Of a stretch of DNA of 52,341 nucleotides, positions 50,685-52,341 are shown in pieces (position 1 is the first letter of the stretch; every line of letters begins with the position of its first letter). Below the pieces are notes generated by a model. It saw nothing but the letters and a program-made list of their open reading frames with translations, was not told the DNA's origin and did not search any database. The translations under genes and the position numbers were made by a program. Source of the stretch: a virus (lineage: Duplodnaviria; Heunggongvirae; Uroviricota; Caudoviricetes); the IMG/VR virus record IMGVR_UViG_3300013126_000013; one strand, written 5' to 3'.

Positions 50685-51344
50685 TTACATGCTCTTTAAG
50701 AATTTTTCGAACATCTTTAAAGCAGCGGCTTCATCGATCTGCTTCGATTTTTTTACTTCTTCTTCAATTTGATCAAATGTGTTTGCCACTGTCCATGAAG
50801 AAGCCGCAACGTCGTAGATCCATTCTACGCCTTCCATGATACCTTTTACAAAAGCATCTGGAGCTGAAGGATCTGCGACAATATCACCTGCCGTAGCAAG
50901 CATAAAGTCATTTTGTACTTCCATGATGCCCTTTTCATTTGGCTTCACAGATCCCATTCCACGGGAAGAAATTCCTAATTGCGCACCACTATCGATAAGT
51001 CCTTTTACGACATCACCCATAGGGGTTTTAGTAATTTTAGCTCTACCTACAACGTTCGAACCATCAGCTTTTAATTCTGTGAATAGGTGTGAAACTCTGT
51101 CGAGGTTAATAGTTGGTCCTTGTGGGTGACCAAGTTCACCAAAGGCGCGATTCTTCGATACATAGTTTTCATTGTAGCGATTCATTTCGCGCATTAAAAC
51201 GTTTGATGGGTAAATACGACCATTACGGTTCTTAATATCACCCTGCATGATGATACCTTCGATGTAATAGTTCTTTTCACCCTTTTCGGTCGCTTCAGTA
51301 ATATAATGAACTTCTTCGACAATATCTTTAATGAGTAAGGCCAT
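50685..51344 (-). CDS. 21: Prohead protease (T4 gp21)
   Basis: YIEGI.MQ...KNRNGR.YP, AFGELGHP.GP.INL.RVSH, LG.SSRGMGS, DIVADPSAPDAFV.GIME. Confidence 0.97.
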   Translation of the reverse strand: MALLIKDIVEEVHYITEATEKGEKNYYIEGIIMQGDIKNRNGRIYPSNVLMREMNRYNENYVSKNRAFGELGHPQGPTINLDRVSHLFTELKADGSNVVGRAKITKTPMGDVVKGLIDSGAQLGISSRGMGSVKPNEKGIMEVQNDFMLATAGDIVADPSAPDAFVKGIMEGVEWIYDVAASSWTVANTFDQIEEEVKKSKQIDEAAALKMFEKFLKSM

Positions 51345-51361
51345 ATTGATCTCCTTTTTCT

Positions 51362-51610
51362 TTATTTATAAGCCAATGGAGTAGCCCATACTGTTGTATT
51401 AGCCGAGAGTTTATCTGTTCGAAGTTTTTCCATAATCTCAACAAATCCTGCCGGAATTGTAATAGTACCAATTACTGTATCAGCAGAATCAGAATAAGTA
51501 ACAAGAGCTTCTGTTGGTGCGTAAACACGCACCAACGTTGAGTTATGAACGGTATTCGCAGTCGAGATATTTACTTGCGTACCAGTCGGCTTGAGGATAA
51601 TATCAACCAT
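51362..51610 (-). CDS. Small beta-rich hypothetical protein in the head module
   Basis: MVDIILKP.G......AN.V..S.LVRV...LRTD.L. Confidence 0.65.
   Translation of the reverse strand: MVDIILKPTGTQVNISTANTVHNSTLVRVYAPTEALVTYSDSADTVIGTITIPAGFVEIMEKLRTDKLSANTTVWATPLAYK
51363..51370 (-). promoter_or_regulatory. T4-type late promoter (gene 21)
   Basis: Exact TATAAATA overlapping the upstream stop. Confidence 0.8.
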
Positions 51611-52341
51611 GCTGCACCGCTTCCTTTGCAAATGCTAGGATTTGATTAAATTCTTTTTTACTAGATAACACTTGATCCTGCATTTTGGATTGATTAGCGC
51701 TATTAAGAAGTTTAGACAAGTCATTTAGTGCATCAACATCTTCACGACTAAGAGTTACTGAAGAACCATCTTTGAGCTTCATCACACCGATCTTGAAAGC
51801 TTCATCAAGTTCGACTTCTTCTTTTGTAGCAAGAACCTTTGCTCTACCAGTCTGCTTAGCAAATGCTAGGTCACGACCAAACTTACGCTTACGATACTTA
51901 TCAGAACCATCGTCACCTGATGGCTGATCCGCAAAAGCTTTCTGACGGTATGCGTCGAGCTTCTTATCGGATACTTCGTCAAGCTCTACAGACTCTCTAG
52001 CAGGAACTTTTGCCTTACCACCAATGTCATATGCTTTCTTACCAGCAGTCTCAATACCTTTTTCACGAGACTTCATTTTCTTGTACTGAGAAACGTTCTT
52101 ATCCATATCCTTTGAATTGAACGGTTTCATCACCTCTGATCTACGCTCTTTATTATCAGCAGTAGCTTTACGGATATATGAACGAGCAAGGTCGCGTGAG
52201 ATTTCATCGAGACCTTCAGCTTCTTCTTTAGTAAGACGATCAGTTGCCTTTTTTATGTTTCTAAGTCTGTCCATAGACTTAGAAAATGTCTTAGAACTTC
52301 CAGTGTGGCCGTATTCAGCTGCACGACTTGCTGCATCAGAA
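51603..52341 (-). CDS. Modular prohead-core/internal protein (gp67/68 position), 5' truncated by the window
   Basis: The frame stays open from 52274 to the window edge (SDAASRAAEYGHTGSSKTFSKSM); repeated LDE modules; upstream of gene 21. Confidence 0.7.
   Translation of the reverse strand, partial: SDAASRAAEYGHTGSSKTFSKSMDRLRNIKKATDRLTKEEAEGLDEISRDLARSYIRKATADNKERRSEVMKPFNSKDMDKNVSQYKKMKSREKGIETAGKKAYDIGGKAKVPARESVELDEVSDKKLDAYRQKAFADQPSGDDGSDKYRKRKFGRDLAFAKQTGRAKVLATKEEVELDEAFKIGVMKLKDGSSVTLSREDVDALNDLSKLLNSANQSKMQDQVLSSKKEFNQILAFAKEAVQHG

Noticed and set aside
1-52341. Stop-codon reassignment or programmed frameshifts
   Set aside because: Core genes translate full length under the standard code, and TAA, TGA and TAG all occur as real stops.

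Overview
A 52 kb segment of a T4-superfamily myovirus genome, almost all on the minus strand. The host is not cyanobacterial by any marker seen here; promoter shape weakly suggests an alphaproteobacterium. Left to right: (1) nrdB (partial), td, frd, primase; (2) lysis cassette (GH19 endolysin, i-/o-spanin, holin candidates); (3) a late-expressed block of probable capsid-internal, prohead-protease-processed proteins, several with T4-like capsid-targeting N-termini, including a 1096-aa polyprotein, a ligase-like protein, a HAD phosphatase and a PD-(D/E)xK nuclease; (4) small early genes, a Seg-like homing endonuclease and a candidate structured ncRNA; (5) replication core (41, uvsX, 43, hsp20, regA, 62, 44, 45); (6) a DNA-modification island with a T4 gp42-like dCMP hydroxymethylase, dNMP kinase, BGT-like glycosyltransferase, GalE, UDP-galactopyranose mutase and a divergent C5-methyltransferase; (7) 46, 47, 55, uvsW, uvsY and head genes 3, 23, 22, 21. 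Two candidate new systems stand out. One is clamp-tethered, probably galactofuranosyl-hmC DNA hypermodification: the MTase-like and GT proteins carry the same TL(E/D)SFF peptide that ends the polymerase. The other is a virion-packaged effector set that includes a kinase/phosphatase/ligase RNA-repair-like trio. All family assignments come from motif recognition and recall; no database search was run.
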